NCBI GenBank assembly: GCA_015055515.1
Contig: SVIC01000002.1
Location: 2,600-66,599 of the forward strand
Source: Clostridiales bacterium
GTDB taxonomy: Bacteria > Bacillota > Clostridia > Christensenellales > UBA1242
Reading direction: 5' to 3'
Length of the DNA: 64,000 nucleotides
The notes under the pieces are model-generated. The model had not been told where the DNA came from and searched no databases. It worked only from the letters and a program-made list of their open reading frames with translations. Numbering within the stretch: the first letter of the stretch is position 1; the number at the start of each line of letters is the position of its first letter. Both the position numbers and the translations under genes were made by a program. This document shows positions 28,441 to 39,039 of this stretch, one piece after another.

Positions 28441-29367
28441 TAATTTGTTAAAATATTTTTCCAAAGTCTTAATAATATCTCTGGCATCGTATAATGTGAA
28501 TTTACTATTATATGATAAAAAAGCCAGCGAATCATTATCTAACATTTTATAATCTTGTAATGGAAAATTTCTCATATAATTAATTATATTACGTAATGAA
28601 ATTATGTTGAATTTTTCTTTATATAATGAATCTGGTATATTATATAACATTGTTTCAATAAGATCAAAATTTACATAATTTATTTTTTTCTCAACTTTAA
28701 TTATATTTTTTATAGTTAATATATAGTCAATGAAATTATTATGAGTCTTAAGGTTTTTATAAGCGAAATTGTTTAATCCTGTATTTATATATCTAATACT
28801 CCCCTCTTCATAATTTTTTGCATAGTACTTAATTGCATAGTTTCCTTCTAAGTCTCTTATTGTTTGAGAAATAATTATTTTGAAATTGTATATAACATTC
28901 TCATTTACTGGATTAATATTTTTAATGTCTTTTTCTTTTTTTGATTTTTTTGTATTTTCAGTAATAGTATAGTTATTAATATCTGTTGCCAAATATCTAT
29001 AATTAATTGCATATTTTGATTGCCATAATAATGTTGTATTTTTAGATTTTTGAACAAGTAGATTAAATATATCATTTTTAATTTCATCTAAATGTATTTT
29101 ATTGGTCTCTTTTTTAGATATTGCAACCAAATTTTCTGTGTTCTTTAATGTAACATATAATACATTTGGACCTTCATTGTCAATATTTGTTCCAAGGCTG
29201 TATTCATCATAATAGTTCGCATATATATTTTCATGCACAGACAGACTAGGAAATTTGTTTTGAAAATATTCATCAAATACTTCTATTACAATATTTTTGA
29301 ATTGATTTCTTATATTTACAATGTCTGTGTTATCAATATGAGAGTGCTCTATAATATTAATATTCAT
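28432..29367 (-). CDS. CdnE-like cGAS/DncV (CD-NTase) fold protein with a degenerate active site
   Basis: YSLGTNI, KNLKT..NF...I..IKN and LIETMLYNIPDSLY are collinear with CdnE motifs; GS, DxD and third Asp absent. Confidence 0.7.
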   Translation of the reverse strand: MNINIIEHSHIDNTDIVNIRNQFKNIVIEVFDEYFQNKFPSLSVHENIYANYYDEYSLGTNIDNEGPNVLYVTLKNTENLVAISKKETNKIHLDEIKNDIFNLLVQKSKNTTLLWQSKYAINYRYLATDINNYTITENTKKSKKEKDIKNINPVNENVIYNFKIIISQTIRDLEGNYAIKYYAKNYEEGSIRYINTGLNNFAYKNLKTHNNFIDYILTIKNIIKVEKKINYVNFDLIETMLYNIPDSLYKEKFNIISLRNIINYMRNFPLQDYKMLDNDSLAFLSYNSKFTLYDARDIIKTLEKYFNKLNA

Positions 29368-29487
29368 ATGATCCCCTGCTGATTTCTTTACTTTTTTTAG
29401 AAAATATTATATATTAATTATAATCTTAGTATAGCAAATATTTTGCAAAAGTAAAACAACATAAAAGCATAATTTGAGAAGTGAAAA

Positions 29488-30534
29488 GTGGAAAATTATT
29501 TTATTGAGCGTGATTTTAATAATTTAGATAAAATAGACAAATTATTGGAGGGTATGCCACCCTTCTGTCTTGAATTTTTACGTGGAATAGAACAACGCAC
29601 ATCTGTTCTGACTAGATTGGGATATTTAAGAGACTTGAAAATGTTTTTTGAGTATTTAATTAATAATACGAAAGAGTTTTGTGGCAAAAGATTATCTGAA
29701 CTTACAATTAGTGATCTAAATAATGTTACGCAGACACATATTGAGATGTTTCTATCTTATCTTAGAATGTATAAGAATAAGAATTCTTATGTTAAGAATG
29801 GAGAATGCTCAGTTTCACGAAAATTAAGTAGCATTAGAAGTTTGTTAAAGTATTTTTATAAGAAGAATTCTATAGATAATAATGTAGCATCAAAAGTAGA
29901 TACACCTAAATTACATGAAAAGCCTATTACAAGGCTAGAAGTAGATGAAGTTGTAAAGATATTGAATTTATCAGAAGATGGATATAGCCTTACTCAAATG
30001 CAACAAGGATTCCATAAACACACAAAAGAGCGAGATTATGCAATATTATCTCTATTCTTAGGTACAGGTATACGTATATCGGAGTGTGTAGGACTGAATG
30101 TTGAAGATATTGATTTTACGCAAAATGCTTTTAATATAACTAGAAAAGGCGGAAGCAAGGTAACACTATATTTTAATAATGAAGTCGCTGATGCCCTATT
30201 GCAATATTTAGATGTGCGTAGTAAGATTAAAAATCTTCCTGAAGGCGAAAATGCGTTATTTTTAAGTTTACAAAATAAAAGAATTAATGTTCGAACTGTG
30301 CAAATATTAGTAAAAAAATATGCGCAAATAATAAATCCATTAAAGAAAATTACACCACATAAGTTGCGTAGTACCTTTGGTACTAATCTGTATAGAGAAA
30401 CAAATGATATATATGTAGTTGCATCGGTACTAGGTCATAAAGATATAAATGTTACTAGAAAACATTATGCCGCTATCACTGATGATATTAAGAGAGATGC
30501 TTTGACAAGAAATGTTAAATTGAGAGAAGATTAA
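29488..30534 (+). CDS. xerC: Chromosomal tyrosine recombinase (XerC/XerS type)
   Basis: RDYAI..LFLGTGIRISE, RKGG, ITPHKLRSTFGT, LGH.D...T.KHY; beside lexA as in many Clostridia. Confidence 0.88.
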   Translation: MENYFIERDFNNLDKIDKLLEGMPPFCLEFLRGIEQRTSVLTRLGYLRDLKMFFEYLINNTKEFCGKRLSELTISDLNNVTQTHIEMFLSYLRMYKNKNSYVKNGECSVSRKLSSIRSLLKYFYKKNSIDNNVASKVDTPKLHEKPITRLEVDEVVKILNLSEDGYSLTQMQQGFHKHTKERDYAILSLFLGTGIRISECVGLNVEDIDFTQNAFNITRKGGSKVTLYFNNEVADALLQYLDVRSKIKNLPEGENALFLSLQNKRINVRTVQILVKKYAQIINPLKKITPHKLRSTFGTNLYRETNDIYVVASVLGHKDINVTRKHYAAITDDIKRDALTRNVKLRED

Positions 30535-30551
30535 AAATCATAAAAAATTTA

Positions 30552-30590
30552 GAACAAATGTTTGACATATGATTTGCTATGTGGTATATT
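30552..30590 (+). promoter_or_regulatory. SOS (LexA) box overlapping the lexA sigA promoter
   Basis: GAAC-AAAT-GTTT (30552-30563) overlapping TTGACA (30562-30567)-17 nt-TATATT with TGn extension. Confidence 0.85.
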
Positions 30591-30620
30591 ATTAATACAA
30601 TTAAATATTCGAGGAAAATT

Positions 30621-31229
30621 ATGAAGCAAAATAAAGAAGAACAATTGTTGCGTTTTATAAAAGACTATATTAAAGATAATTGTTATCCCCCTACTGTAAG
30701 AGAAATGTGCCACGCAATTAAAGTAAGTAGTACTAGTACAATATCTTATTATTTAGATAAGTTAGAGAAAAGTAACGCAATAAAGAAAAATCCAAATAAG
30801 AATCGTGCATTAGAAGTTGTTGAAGAAGAATTAACTCCAGTAAAAACATCTGATGATATGATAGCAATACCTGTATTAGGAACTATAGCTGCAGGTGCAC
30901 CAATATTAGCAGTAGAGAATTGTGAAGAATATTTCTATACATCCCCTAATATGTTCCGTGGAGAAGGATTATTTATGTTAAATATTCATGGAGATAGTAT
31001 GATAAACGCTGGTATTCTAGATGGTGACCAAGTCGTGATTAGACAGCAATCTACGGCAAGTAATGGTGAGATTGTAGCTGCGATGATCGATGGTAGTGCT
31101 ACTCTTAAAAGGTTTTATAAAGAGAACGGAAGATATAGATTACAGCCCGAAAATGATACAATGGAGCCTATTTATGCCGATAATGTAGAAGTTATAGGAA
31201 AGTTGGTTGGATTGGTTAGAAAGTTCTAA
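30621..31229 (+). CDS. lexA: SOS repressor LexA
   Basis: YPPTVRE, IAAGAPI (Ala-Gly cleavage site), GDSMI.AGI.DGD, ATLKRF, LQPEN; GAGGA RBS. Confidence 0.97.
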   Translation: MKQNKEEQLLRFIKDYIKDNCYPPTVREMCHAIKVSSTSTISYYLDKLEKSNAIKKNPNKNRALEVVEEELTPVKTSDDMIAIPVLGTIAAGAPILAVENCEEYFYTSPNMFRGEGLFMLNIHGDSMINAGILDGDQVVIRQQSTASNGEIVAAMIDGSATLKRFYKENGRYRLQPENDTMEPIYADNVEVIGKLVGLVRKF

Positions 31230-31231
31230 AA

Positions 31232-31260
31232 AAAAGTGAAATGATTATCATTTCACTTTT
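31232..31260. terminator. Bidirectional terminator lexA/rny
   Basis: AAAAGTGAAATGAT-T-ATCATTTCACTTTT. Confidence 0.8.
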
Positions 31261-32858
31261 TATTTTGCATAGTCAACGCTTCTGGTTTCTCTTATTACAT
31301 TTACTTTGATTTGACCTGGATATTCCATTTCTTTTTCTACTTTTCTAGCAATATCTTTTGCAAGGAATACAGCTTCTTCATCGTTAATCATTTCTGGCTT
31401 AACAATTATTCTGATTTCACGACCAGCTTGAATTGCAAAACTCTTCTCAACGCCTTTGAAATTATTAGCAATTTCTTCTAATTGTTGCAATCTCTTAATA
31501 TATGATTCAAGAGACTCTCTTCTTGCACCAGGCCTTGAACTGCTAATAGCATCTGCGGTTTGAACAATAATTGCTTCTAATGATTCATATTCTACACCAC
31601 CATGATGTGCTGCAATACAATGGATAACTTCTTTAGATTCTTTGAATTTAGTTGCTAGATCAACACCAATGCTAATGTGTGTGCCTTCTACTTCATGATC
31701 CACCGCTTTACCGATATCATGTAATAGACCGCCCCTTCTACATATCTTTTCATTAGCTCCTACTTCTACAGCTATTAAACCTGCAAGATATGATACTTCC
31801 AATGAATGTTTTAAGCAATTTTGACCATAACTAGTACGGTATTTCAACCTTCCTAATATCTTCACAAGTTCAGGATGTAGACCATGGATTCCTGCATCGA
31901 ATACAGCGGCTTCACCTTCCTCTTTGATAGTATTCTCAATATCCCTAGTTACCTTCTCTACCATTTCTTCTATTCTAGCAGGATGAATTCTACCATCCAG
32001 TATCAATTTTTCCAATGATAGTCTAGCAATTTCTCTTCTTACAGGATCGAAGCAACTAATTACCACTGCCTCTGGTGTATCATCTATAATCAAGTCTACG
32101 CCAGTAGCATTCTCCAATGCTCTAATATTTCTACCTTCTCTACCAATAATTCTACCTTTTAATTCTTCATTAGGTAAATCTACAGATGTAACAGTTGCTT
32201 CACTAGTATGATCAACTGCTGTTTTTTGTATAGCAAGAGTAACTATTTCTTTTGCTTTCTTCATAGCATCTTCTTTAGCGTTACTTTCTATATTTCTAAT
32301 TAATATAGCAGCATCTTTCTTTGCTTCTTGCTCAAATCTGTTAATTAACTCTTGCTTTGCTTCTTCTTTAGAAAGTTTTGCAACACGCTCAAGTTCTTGA
32401 GTCATTTTCTTGGTTATTTCATCTTGTTCAACAGCTTTTTTAACTAATGACTCTTCTTTTATTTTTAACTCTTCTTTAATTTTTTCTATATTTTCTAATT
32501 TCTTGTCTATTGATTCTTCCTTGCTGTTTAGGAAATCCTCTCTAGCAATCAATCTGTTTTCAGTCTTTTGGACTTCAGATCTTCTTTCTTTTATTTCTTC
32601 GTCACATTCTGCTTTTAATTTGTGTACTTCCTCTTTCGCTTCTAAGATTATCTCTTTTTTCATATTGTTTGCATCAGATTCTGCTAATTTAATAATCTCG
32701 TCTGCTTTTTGTTTATTCTTAGAGAATGAACCTTTTGATACATTTTTCAAAATGAAATATGTAGCAGGTATTGCAACTGCACAAGTAATCACAACAGATA
32801 TTATTGCAGTTGTAAAACTAAACGCAGATAACGAAAATATTTGCGCAATATTTTGCAT
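31260..32858 (-). CDS. rny: Ribonuclease Y
   Basis: N-terminal TM, coiled coil, KH motif [15 protein letters not shown] motif LLHDIGK, RPGARRE. Confidence 0.97.
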   Translation of the reverse strand: MQNIAQIFSLSAFSFTTAIISVVITCAVAIPATYFILKNVSKGSFSKNKQKADEIIKLAESDANNMKKEIILEAKEEVHKLKAECDEEIKERRSEVQKTENRLIAREDFLNSKEESIDKKLENIEKIKEELKIKEESLVKKAVEQDEITKKMTQELERVAKLSKEEAKQELINRFEQEAKKDAAILIRNIESNAKEDAMKKAKEIVTLAIQKTAVDHTSEATVTSVDLPNEELKGRIIGREGRNIRALENATGVDLIIDDTPEAVVISCFDPVRREIARLSLEKLILDGRIHPARIEEMVEKVTRDIENTIKEEGEAAVFDAGIHGLHPELVKILGRLKYRTSYGQNCLKHSLEVSYLAGLIAVEVGANEKICRRGGLLHDIGKAVDHEVEGTHISIGVDLATKFKESKEVIHCIAAHHGGVEYESLEAIIVQTADAISSSRPGARRESLESYIKRLQQLEEIANNFKGVEKSFAIQAGREIRIIVKPEMINDEEAVFLAKDIARKVEKEMEYPGQIKVNVIRETRSVDYAK

Positions 32859-32941
32859 GTTATCTCCTTTTAATTATAAAAATATATTTCAATAATCATA
32901 ATTTAATAAATTTTTTGCAGTGTTAAGAAACACTACTTATA

Positions 32942-33004
32942 ATTGTAATATGAGATTAAAAAAAAGTCAAACATTTCTATATAATATACAGAATTGTTTG
33001 ACTT
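32942..33004 (-). promoter_or_regulatory. thiI terminator fused with the rny sigA promoter
   Basis: Hairpin AAGTCAAACA...TGTTTGACTT plus T tract; the 3' arm gives TTGACT-17 nt-TACAAT. Confidence 0.65.
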
Positions 33005-33010
33005 ATGATA

Positions 33011-34174
33011 TTACAAGTTCTTTGTTTCGACAATTTCTATAGTTGCAATTGCTTCATTTACTAACTTCTCTATATCAAGCCTAGATTCTTCTTTTTCTAC
33101 TTTTTCTAATTTTGGTTTTATTATAGGATACTTTGGAAGAAATACTGTACAACAATCTTCATAAGGAAGTATAGATGTTTCGAAGAAATTTCTCTCTTTT
33201 GATATTGTTGTAATTTCCTCCTTATCCATTGCAATTAATGGCCTTAGAATAGGAACTACATCTGATACAATGTTAGTAGAAGTTATGCTTTCAATAGTTT
33301 GGCTGGCAACTTGTCCAAGACTTTCACCCGTAATTATTGCCTTTAAGTTATTTTCATTTGCTATTCTTTCAGCTATCCTTACCATAATTCTACGCATAAT
33401 AGTAATCATGTATTCTGGCTTACAATGTTTATGAATTGCCTCTTGCACTTTTGTAAAAGAGCAAATATATAATTTAATATTTCCAGTATATTCACTTAAT
33501 AACTGCGCTAGTTTTATAACCTTTTCTTTTGCCATTTCACTAGTATAAGGAATAGATTGGAAATGCAAAGCACTTATTGACATACCCCTCTTTGCCATCA
33601 TATACCCTGCTACTGGAGAATCTATTCCCCCAGAAAGTAGTAATAACCCACCGCTACTAGTTCCCACAGGCATACCACCAACACCATTTATAGTGTCGTA
33701 GAATACAAAAGTTCTGTTCTGTTCTCTTATATCTACATTTACTTCTATGTCATAGTTGTGTAAATCAACCTTAATATTTGGATTGTTATTTAATATAATT
33801 TCACCCAATCTTTTAGAAAATTCTGTAGAATTGATTGGAAAGTTCTTGTCCGCCCTTTTTACTGTAACTCTGAAAGAATTATTATTCAATCTGATGGTAC
33901 TTATATAATCTTCTATATTCTCTATGCTTGTCTCAAAATATGTGGCTGGACTTACTGAATGAACACCAAATACATTTTTAACGTTATTTAATAGTTTCTT
34001 TTCATGTTTCTTGTCATAATTAGTTATTAATATTCGTCCACTAATTTTTTGAATATTGCAAGGAAATTGTTTGGTATTTTCAATTATATTATTTAATAGA
34101 GATTTTTCAAAATAACTCTTGTTTTTTCCTTTTAGAAATATTTCACTATATCTAACTAATATTGCATTTTGCAT
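33011..34174 (-). CDS. thiI: tRNA 4-thiouridine(8) synthase ThiI (no rhodanese domain)
   Basis: EIFLKGKN, THUMP region, LLSGGIDSPVA, TGESLGQVASQT, YEDCC. Confidence 0.96.
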   Translation of the reverse strand: MQNAILVRYSEIFLKGKNKSYFEKSLLNNIIENTKQFPCNIQKISGRILITNYDKKHEKKLLNNVKNVFGVHSVSPATYFETSIENIEDYISTIRLNNNSFRVTVKRADKNFPINSTEFSKRLGEIILNNNPNIKVDLHNYDIEVNVDIREQNRTFVFYDTINGVGGMPVGTSSGGLLLLSGGIDSPVAGYMMAKRGMSISALHFQSIPYTSEMAKEKVIKLAQLLSEYTGNIKLYICSFTKVQEAIHKHCKPEYMITIMRRIMVRIAERIANENNLKAIITGESLGQVASQTIESITSTNIVSDVVPILRPLIAMDKEEITTISKERNFFETSILPYEDCCTVFLPKYPIIKPKLEKVEKEESRLDIEKLVNEAIATIEIVETKNL

Positions 34175-34180
34175 ATCTTT

Positions 34181-35317
34181 TCACCTGTTTGTATTTTTTT
34201 TATATTCGTTGATTGCTAATTTTAATTCCTTAATAAAGTTATCAATATCATCGGTACTAGTATCATGATTAATACTTACTCTCAAAGCACCTTCTATATA
34301 TTCCTGCTCAACGCCCATATTTGATAATATTCTATTACCTTTCTTATGGCTTGAACAAGCTGATCCGTTACCAATAATAATATCTTTTTGTTCCAACATT
34401 CGCAAAATTGTTTCTGCTCTTAAGTGTGGCAGAGAGAAAGATATTATATATGGAGAGCAATTATTATCACTATTTATTCTAATGTTATCTATTAATTCTA
34501 AGTTGTCTTTTATATAATGTGCCTTTTTTACTGCACTATTGTAGTTATCATGTAGATTATCACTTGCTATTTTACATGCAGTAACAAAAGAAAAGATTCC
34601 TGGAGTGTTTTCTGTACCACTACGCAAATTCATTTCTTGACCACCACCAATCATTAGCGGATTAATGTTAACACCCTTTTTAATATAAAGTGCACCTACC
34701 CCTTTTGGTCCAAATATCTTATGAGAACTAATGGTATATAGATCAACACCCAATTCATCTACATCTACATCTATTTTACCAAACGCCTGTACTCCATCGG
34801 AATGGAATATAATCTTTTGATTTTTCTCTCGTATAATAGAATTAATTTCAGATATTGGATTAATTGCACCAGTTTCATTATTTACATGCATTATAGATAC
34901 AAAATTTACATCATCTGTTAATTTGCTTTTGAAGTCATTTATATCAATAGTGCCATTATCATTTAATCCAACAAATTTTACATTATAACCATTATCTAGT
35001 AAATTTTTGGCTACATTATAGACAGATGGATGCTCAGATATACCTATTAATGCCGTCTTATTCTTATATTTAATAAAAGAGTTGAGTACCATGTTATTAG
35101 CCTCTGTTGCTCCACTAGTAAATATAATGTTGTCAAATTTATCTGCATTAATAATAGAAAGAATTGTTTGTCTTGCATTTTCCAACTCTTTCTGTATACT
35201 TGCCCCCTTCATATACAGTGCGCTAGGATTAAAGTATTTGTCGGTAGAATATTGGTTATAAGTTTGCAGTGCTAAATTCGAAATTTTAGTTGTGCTTGCA
35301 TTATCTAAAAATATCAT
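34181..35317 (-). CDS. Cysteine desulfurase (IscS/NifZ-like partner of ThiI)
   Basis: FLDNASTT, FTSGATEANN, HVNNETG, SSHK.FGPKGVG, RSGTEN, GSACSS. Confidence 0.93.
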   Translation of the reverse strand: MIFLDNASTTKISNLALQTYNQYSTDKYFNPSALYMKGASIQKELENARQTILSIINADKFDNIIFTSGATEANNMVLNSFIKYKNKTALIGISEHPSVYNVAKNLLDNGYNVKFVGLNDNGTIDINDFKSKLTDDVNFVSIMHVNNETGAINPISEINSIIREKNQKIIFHSDGVQAFGKIDVDVDELGVDLYTISSHKIFGPKGVGALYIKKGVNINPLMIGGGQEMNLRSGTENTPGIFSFVTACKIASDNLHDNYNSAVKKAHYIKDNLELIDNIRINSDNNCSPYIISFSLPHLRAETILRMLEQKDIIIGNGSACSSHKKGNRILSNMGVEQEYIEGALRVSINHDTSTDDIDNFIKELKLAINEYKKNTNR

Positions 35318-35329
35318 CTTGACTCTCTC

Positions 35330-36655
35330 TTACTTTATTTTTGCATATAATTTACCGTTCTTATATTCGGTAATTTCTGCAGTATAGAAATTATTAATAT
35401 TTAATGTTTTATTACAGTTAACTATAGTTATAGATTTTCCACTATCTGTTGTTGCATAGTATTCATTTTTAGTTGCATTGTAATCATTGATGATAATATT
35501 ATAATCATCACCAATGCTATTCTTATTTTTCTCTTTGATTATCTCTTTTGACAATGACAACAATCTATTTACTCTGTCACGCTTTGTTGCAATATCGTGA
35601 TGACCTGGCATACTCGCTGCAACAGTTCCTTCCCTTTTAGAATACATGAAGGCAAATACTCCATCATATCTCACGTCATTAATTAGATTGTATGTGTCTA
35701 AGAACTCTTCTTCCGTTTCACCTGGAAATCCTACAATGATATCTGTAGAAATGTAACAATTTGGAATCTTAGTTCTAATTAATTTAATTAGGTCAAGATA
35801 ATGTTCTCTTGTATATCTTCTATTCATACTATTTAATATTCTATTATTACCAGATTGTATAGGAAGATGAATAACTTTTGCTATCTTATCTTCGCTTGCT
35901 ATTACATCTATTACTTCTTCTGTTAGATCTTTTGGATGACTAGTCATGAATTTAAGTCTAAAATCACCATCTAGATGTGATATTTCTCTTAATAATCTCG
36001 CAAAAGTGGTTTTTCCATCATTAATATCGTTGCCATAGCTATTTACATTTTGACCTAGTAGTGTAATGTATTTATATCCCTCATCTATAGCATTTTTACA
36101 CTCTAAGATAATATCTTCGAATGCCCTACTTCTCTCTCTTCCTCTGACATAAGGTACTATACAATATGTACAGAAATTATTACATCCATAACTAATATTG
36201 ATCCATGCGTTGTTTTTTGAAGTTCTATATGTGTCTACATGCTCATCCAAATATTTAGCTTCATCCCAGATTTCACATATATATTTTCTATCTTTTTCAA
36301 ATCTAATCAAGTATTCCTTAAATTCATTAAGGTTATGTGTACCAAATATTATATTAACAAAAGGAAATTTTTTCTTGATTGTTTCTGGTCTGGACTTTAC
36401 TTGAGCCATACAACCACATATAGCCACTATTAAATTAGGTTTTCTCTTTTTCAACCCTTTTAATGCTCCTATATGTGCATATATTTTCTGCTCAGCACCA
36501 TCTCTAATACAACATGTATTGAATACAATCACATTCGCTTTTTCTTCATCATCTGTTGGCTTAAAACCAAGAGAAATTAGCATTCCTGCCAATTTTTCGC
36601 TTTCGTGAATATTCATCTGACAACCATAAGTTTTTATCAAATAGTACTTATCCAT
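35330..36655 (-). CDS. miaB: tRNA-i6A37 methylthiotransferase
   Basis: TYGCQMN..ESE, NTCCIR, GCNNFCTYCIVPYVRGRE, DIIVGFPGETEE. Confidence 0.96.
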   Translation of the reverse strand: MDKYYLIKTYGCQMNIHESEKLAGMLISLGFKPTDDEEKANVIVFNTCCIRDGAEQKIYAHIGALKGLKKRKPNLIVAICGCMAQVKSRPETIKKKFPFVNIIFGTHNLNEFKEYLIRFEKDRKYICEIWDEAKYLDEHVDTYRTSKNNAWINISYGCNNFCTYCIVPYVRGRERSRAFEDIILECKNAIDEGYKYITLLGQNVNSYGNDINDGKTTFARLLREISHLDGDFRLKFMTSHPKDLTEEVIDVIASEDKIAKVIHLPIQSGNNRILNSMNRRYTREHYLDLIKLIRTKIPNCYISTDIIVGFPGETEEEFLDTYNLINDVRYDGVFAFMYSKREGTVAASMPGHHDIATKRDRVNRLLSLSKEIIKEKNKNSIGDDYNIIINDYNATKNEYYATTDSGKSITIVNCNKTLNINNFYTAEITEYKNGKLYAKIK

Positions 36656-36771
36656 ACCCTTATCCTTTTGTTTAGCATTTGCGAATATTATTATATCAAA
36701 TATTAATTATATTTTCAACACTTTAGTACATAATAAAAACATATTAATACACATATTGTATAGGGGTAAAA

Positions 36772-39039
36772 ATGAAAAAAGTTATTAAATCATTTGTTGT
36801 ATTGCTTTTGTTTGTATTATGTGCATCTTTGATATTTGCCTTTATATATACTTCAACTATAATAGATGGTGTTAAGTTATCTCCATTGGACAAATATTCA
36901 TTAACTAATAATTATGTATCAGCATCAATATATAATAATGACAATGAATTAATAACAAAAAATAATGACTACATAAAAATCTCAGAAATTAATGAGGACA
37001 CAATAAATGCATTTATTAGCATAGAAGACAAAGATTTCTATAATCATAATGGAATAAATTATAAGAGAATAATTAAAGCTATGCTAAGTAATATAAGCAG
37101 TGGTTGTTTTACGCAGGGAGCCAGTACCATAAGTCAGCAATTGGTAAAAAATACACAATTATCGAATGAAAAAACAATTGAGCGAAAGATTAAAGAATTG
37201 TATATTACCCAAGAGTTAGAAAAAGAGTACAGTAAAGATGAAATACTTGAAATGTACCTCAATGTGATTTATTTTGGCAATTCATCATATGGAATACAGA
37301 ATGCGGCACTTAACTATTTTGGAAAAGATGTAAAAGATTTATCATTGTCTGAAAGTGCGGTGCTGGCAGGATTGATAAAATCCCCTGGTTTATATTCCCC
37401 ATATAATAATATGGAAAAATGCATAAAAAGGAGAAATCTAGTATTAAGTGAAATGCTGGAAGATGGAGTAATATCAGATACCGCCTATAATAGTGCAATT
37501 AATGAAAAAATACTCTTATCAAGTTCTAACAAAATATTAGAGAATAATTCTTATCGATATGATTACATACAACAAGCATTATATGAAGCATCGCAAATTC
37601 TTAATATAAGTATAGATAAGATTATTGAAAATGAATATCTAATATATACTTATCTAGATGATGAGATTCAGCAATCTGTATTTGATATTATTAATAATGA
37701 TAATTACAAAATATGCAATGTAAATAATAATTTATCGCAAGGTTTAATAACAGTAATAGATAATAAAACTAACCGAGTAATTGCATTTGCTAGCAATACA
37801 GAATATGATGTTACTAATATGCATAGACAACCGGGATCGGCAATAAAACCCATTATGGTATATGCACCTGCTATAGAAGAAGGACTAATTAATCCTGCAA
37901 CAAAAATACTAGATGAGCCCATAAATATTGATGGATATTCACCTCAAAACCTAGGTAATACTTATAATGGCTATACATCTATAAGAGATTGTGTTGCATA
38001 TAGTCTTAATATACCCGCGGTAAAAATAATGAACGAAATGGGTATAGAGAAGTCAAAGGAATATGGTAATAAGTTTGGAATAAGTTTTAGTGAAGAAGAC
38101 AAAGGCTATGCTTTAGCACTAGGTGGTTTTCATAAAGGCATAACACTTGATGCTCTTACAAATGCTTATGCAGTATTTGCTAATGAAGGAATGTATAGTA
38201 CTCATACATTCATTAAATGCATAAAAAACAAATATGGCGTTATTGTATATTCTGATATGCGCGAAAAAGAACGCGTTATTGGCGAAGATACTGCATATTT
38301 AATGACCTCAATCTTACAGGACGGAATAAATTATGGAACTAGTAAAAGGCTAAAATATTTACCATATGATATCGCTGGAAAAACTGGTACAGTAGCAGTG
38401 CCCGGAACTAACAATAATAGCGATGCTATAAGTATTGCATACACCACAGATTATTCAGTAGGTTGCTGGATCGGTAATTATACTTTAGATAAATATAACA
38501 ATTTAGATAGTTCTAATAATGGTGGAACATATGCTACTTCTGCTGTAAAAAATGTATTTGAGATTCTACATAAAGATAGTAGTCCATTGAATTTCGAAAA
38601 GCCAGACAGTGTCAAAGCTTGTAAAATTAATAATGTTATCTACCAAAGGGACAACCAGATATGTCTAGCGCAAGACAGCTGTGATGACAGATATACTGTA
38701 GAAGACTATTTTAGCACAAGGTATATGCCTGAAAAGACTCATGTGGATGATTATGTATGTATAATAAAACTCTCTCAAGATAATAATTATATATCATTTA
38801 CCCCCAACAAATATTATAATTATCAATTAGTTGAAATAATGGATAACGATGAAAATGTTATATATAATATAGAGGGTTCGAGCGATATATCTGAATTAAA
38901 AGTTAGCAATAATGCCACCTATTATATGAAATATAAATCTAAAGAAGAGAAGAAGTACAGAGTAAGTAACAAGATAGACAGGCACTCCACTCCTACTAAA
39001 AATTTTAGAAAAGATTATAATTGGCTATTTAGTATGTAA
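36772..39039 (+). CDS. Class A penicillin-binding protein (transglycosylase/transpeptidase)
   Basis: EDKDFY.H.G, QGASTISQQL.KN, RKIKE; SAIK, SLN and KTG motifs. Confidence 0.93.
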   Translation: MKKVIKSFVVLLLFVLCASLIFAFIYTSTIIDGVKLSPLDKYSLTNNYVSASIYNNDNELITKNNDYIKISEINEDTINAFISIEDKDFYNHNGINYKRIIKAMLSNISSGCFTQGASTISQQLVKNTQLSNEKTIERKIKELYITQELEKEYSKDEILEMYLNVIYFGNSSYGIQNAALNYFGKDVKDLSLSESAVLAGLIKSPGLYSPYNNMEKCIKRRNLVLSEMLEDGVISDTAYNSAINEKILLSSSNKILENNSYRYDYIQQALYEASQILNISIDKIIENEYLIYTYLDDEIQQSVFDIINNDNYKICNVNNNLSQGLITVIDNKTNRVIAFASNTEYDVTNMHRQPGSAIKPIMVYAPAIEEGLINPATKILDEPINIDGYSPQNLGNTYNGYTSIRDCVAYSLNIPAVKIMNEMGIEKSKEYGNKFGISFSEEDKGYALALGGFHKGITLDALTNAYAVFANEGMYSTHTFIKCIKNKYGVIVYSDMREKERVIGEDTAYLMTSILQDGINYGTSKRLKYLPYDIAGKTGTVAVPGTNNNSDAISIAYTTDYSVGCWIGNYTLDKYNNLDSSNNGGTYATSAVKNVFEILHKDSSPLNFEKPDSVKACKINNVIYQRDNQICLAQDSCDDRYTVEDYFSTRYMPEKTHVDDYVCIIKLSQDNNYISFTPNKYYNYQLVEIMDNDENVIYNIEGSSDISELKVSNNATYYMKYKSKEEKKYRVSNKIDRHSTPTKNFRKDYNWLFSM

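Noticed and set aside
28432-29367. Functional CBASS anti-phage operon
   Set aside because: Catalytic residues are missing, and the gene has no co-oriented effector; kept only as a pseudoenzyme finding.
29488-30534. Tyrosine recombinase as a prophage or ICE integrase
   Set aside because: No phage, conjugation or excisionase genes; the lexA-adjacent position and dif-like site fit a chromosomal Xer.
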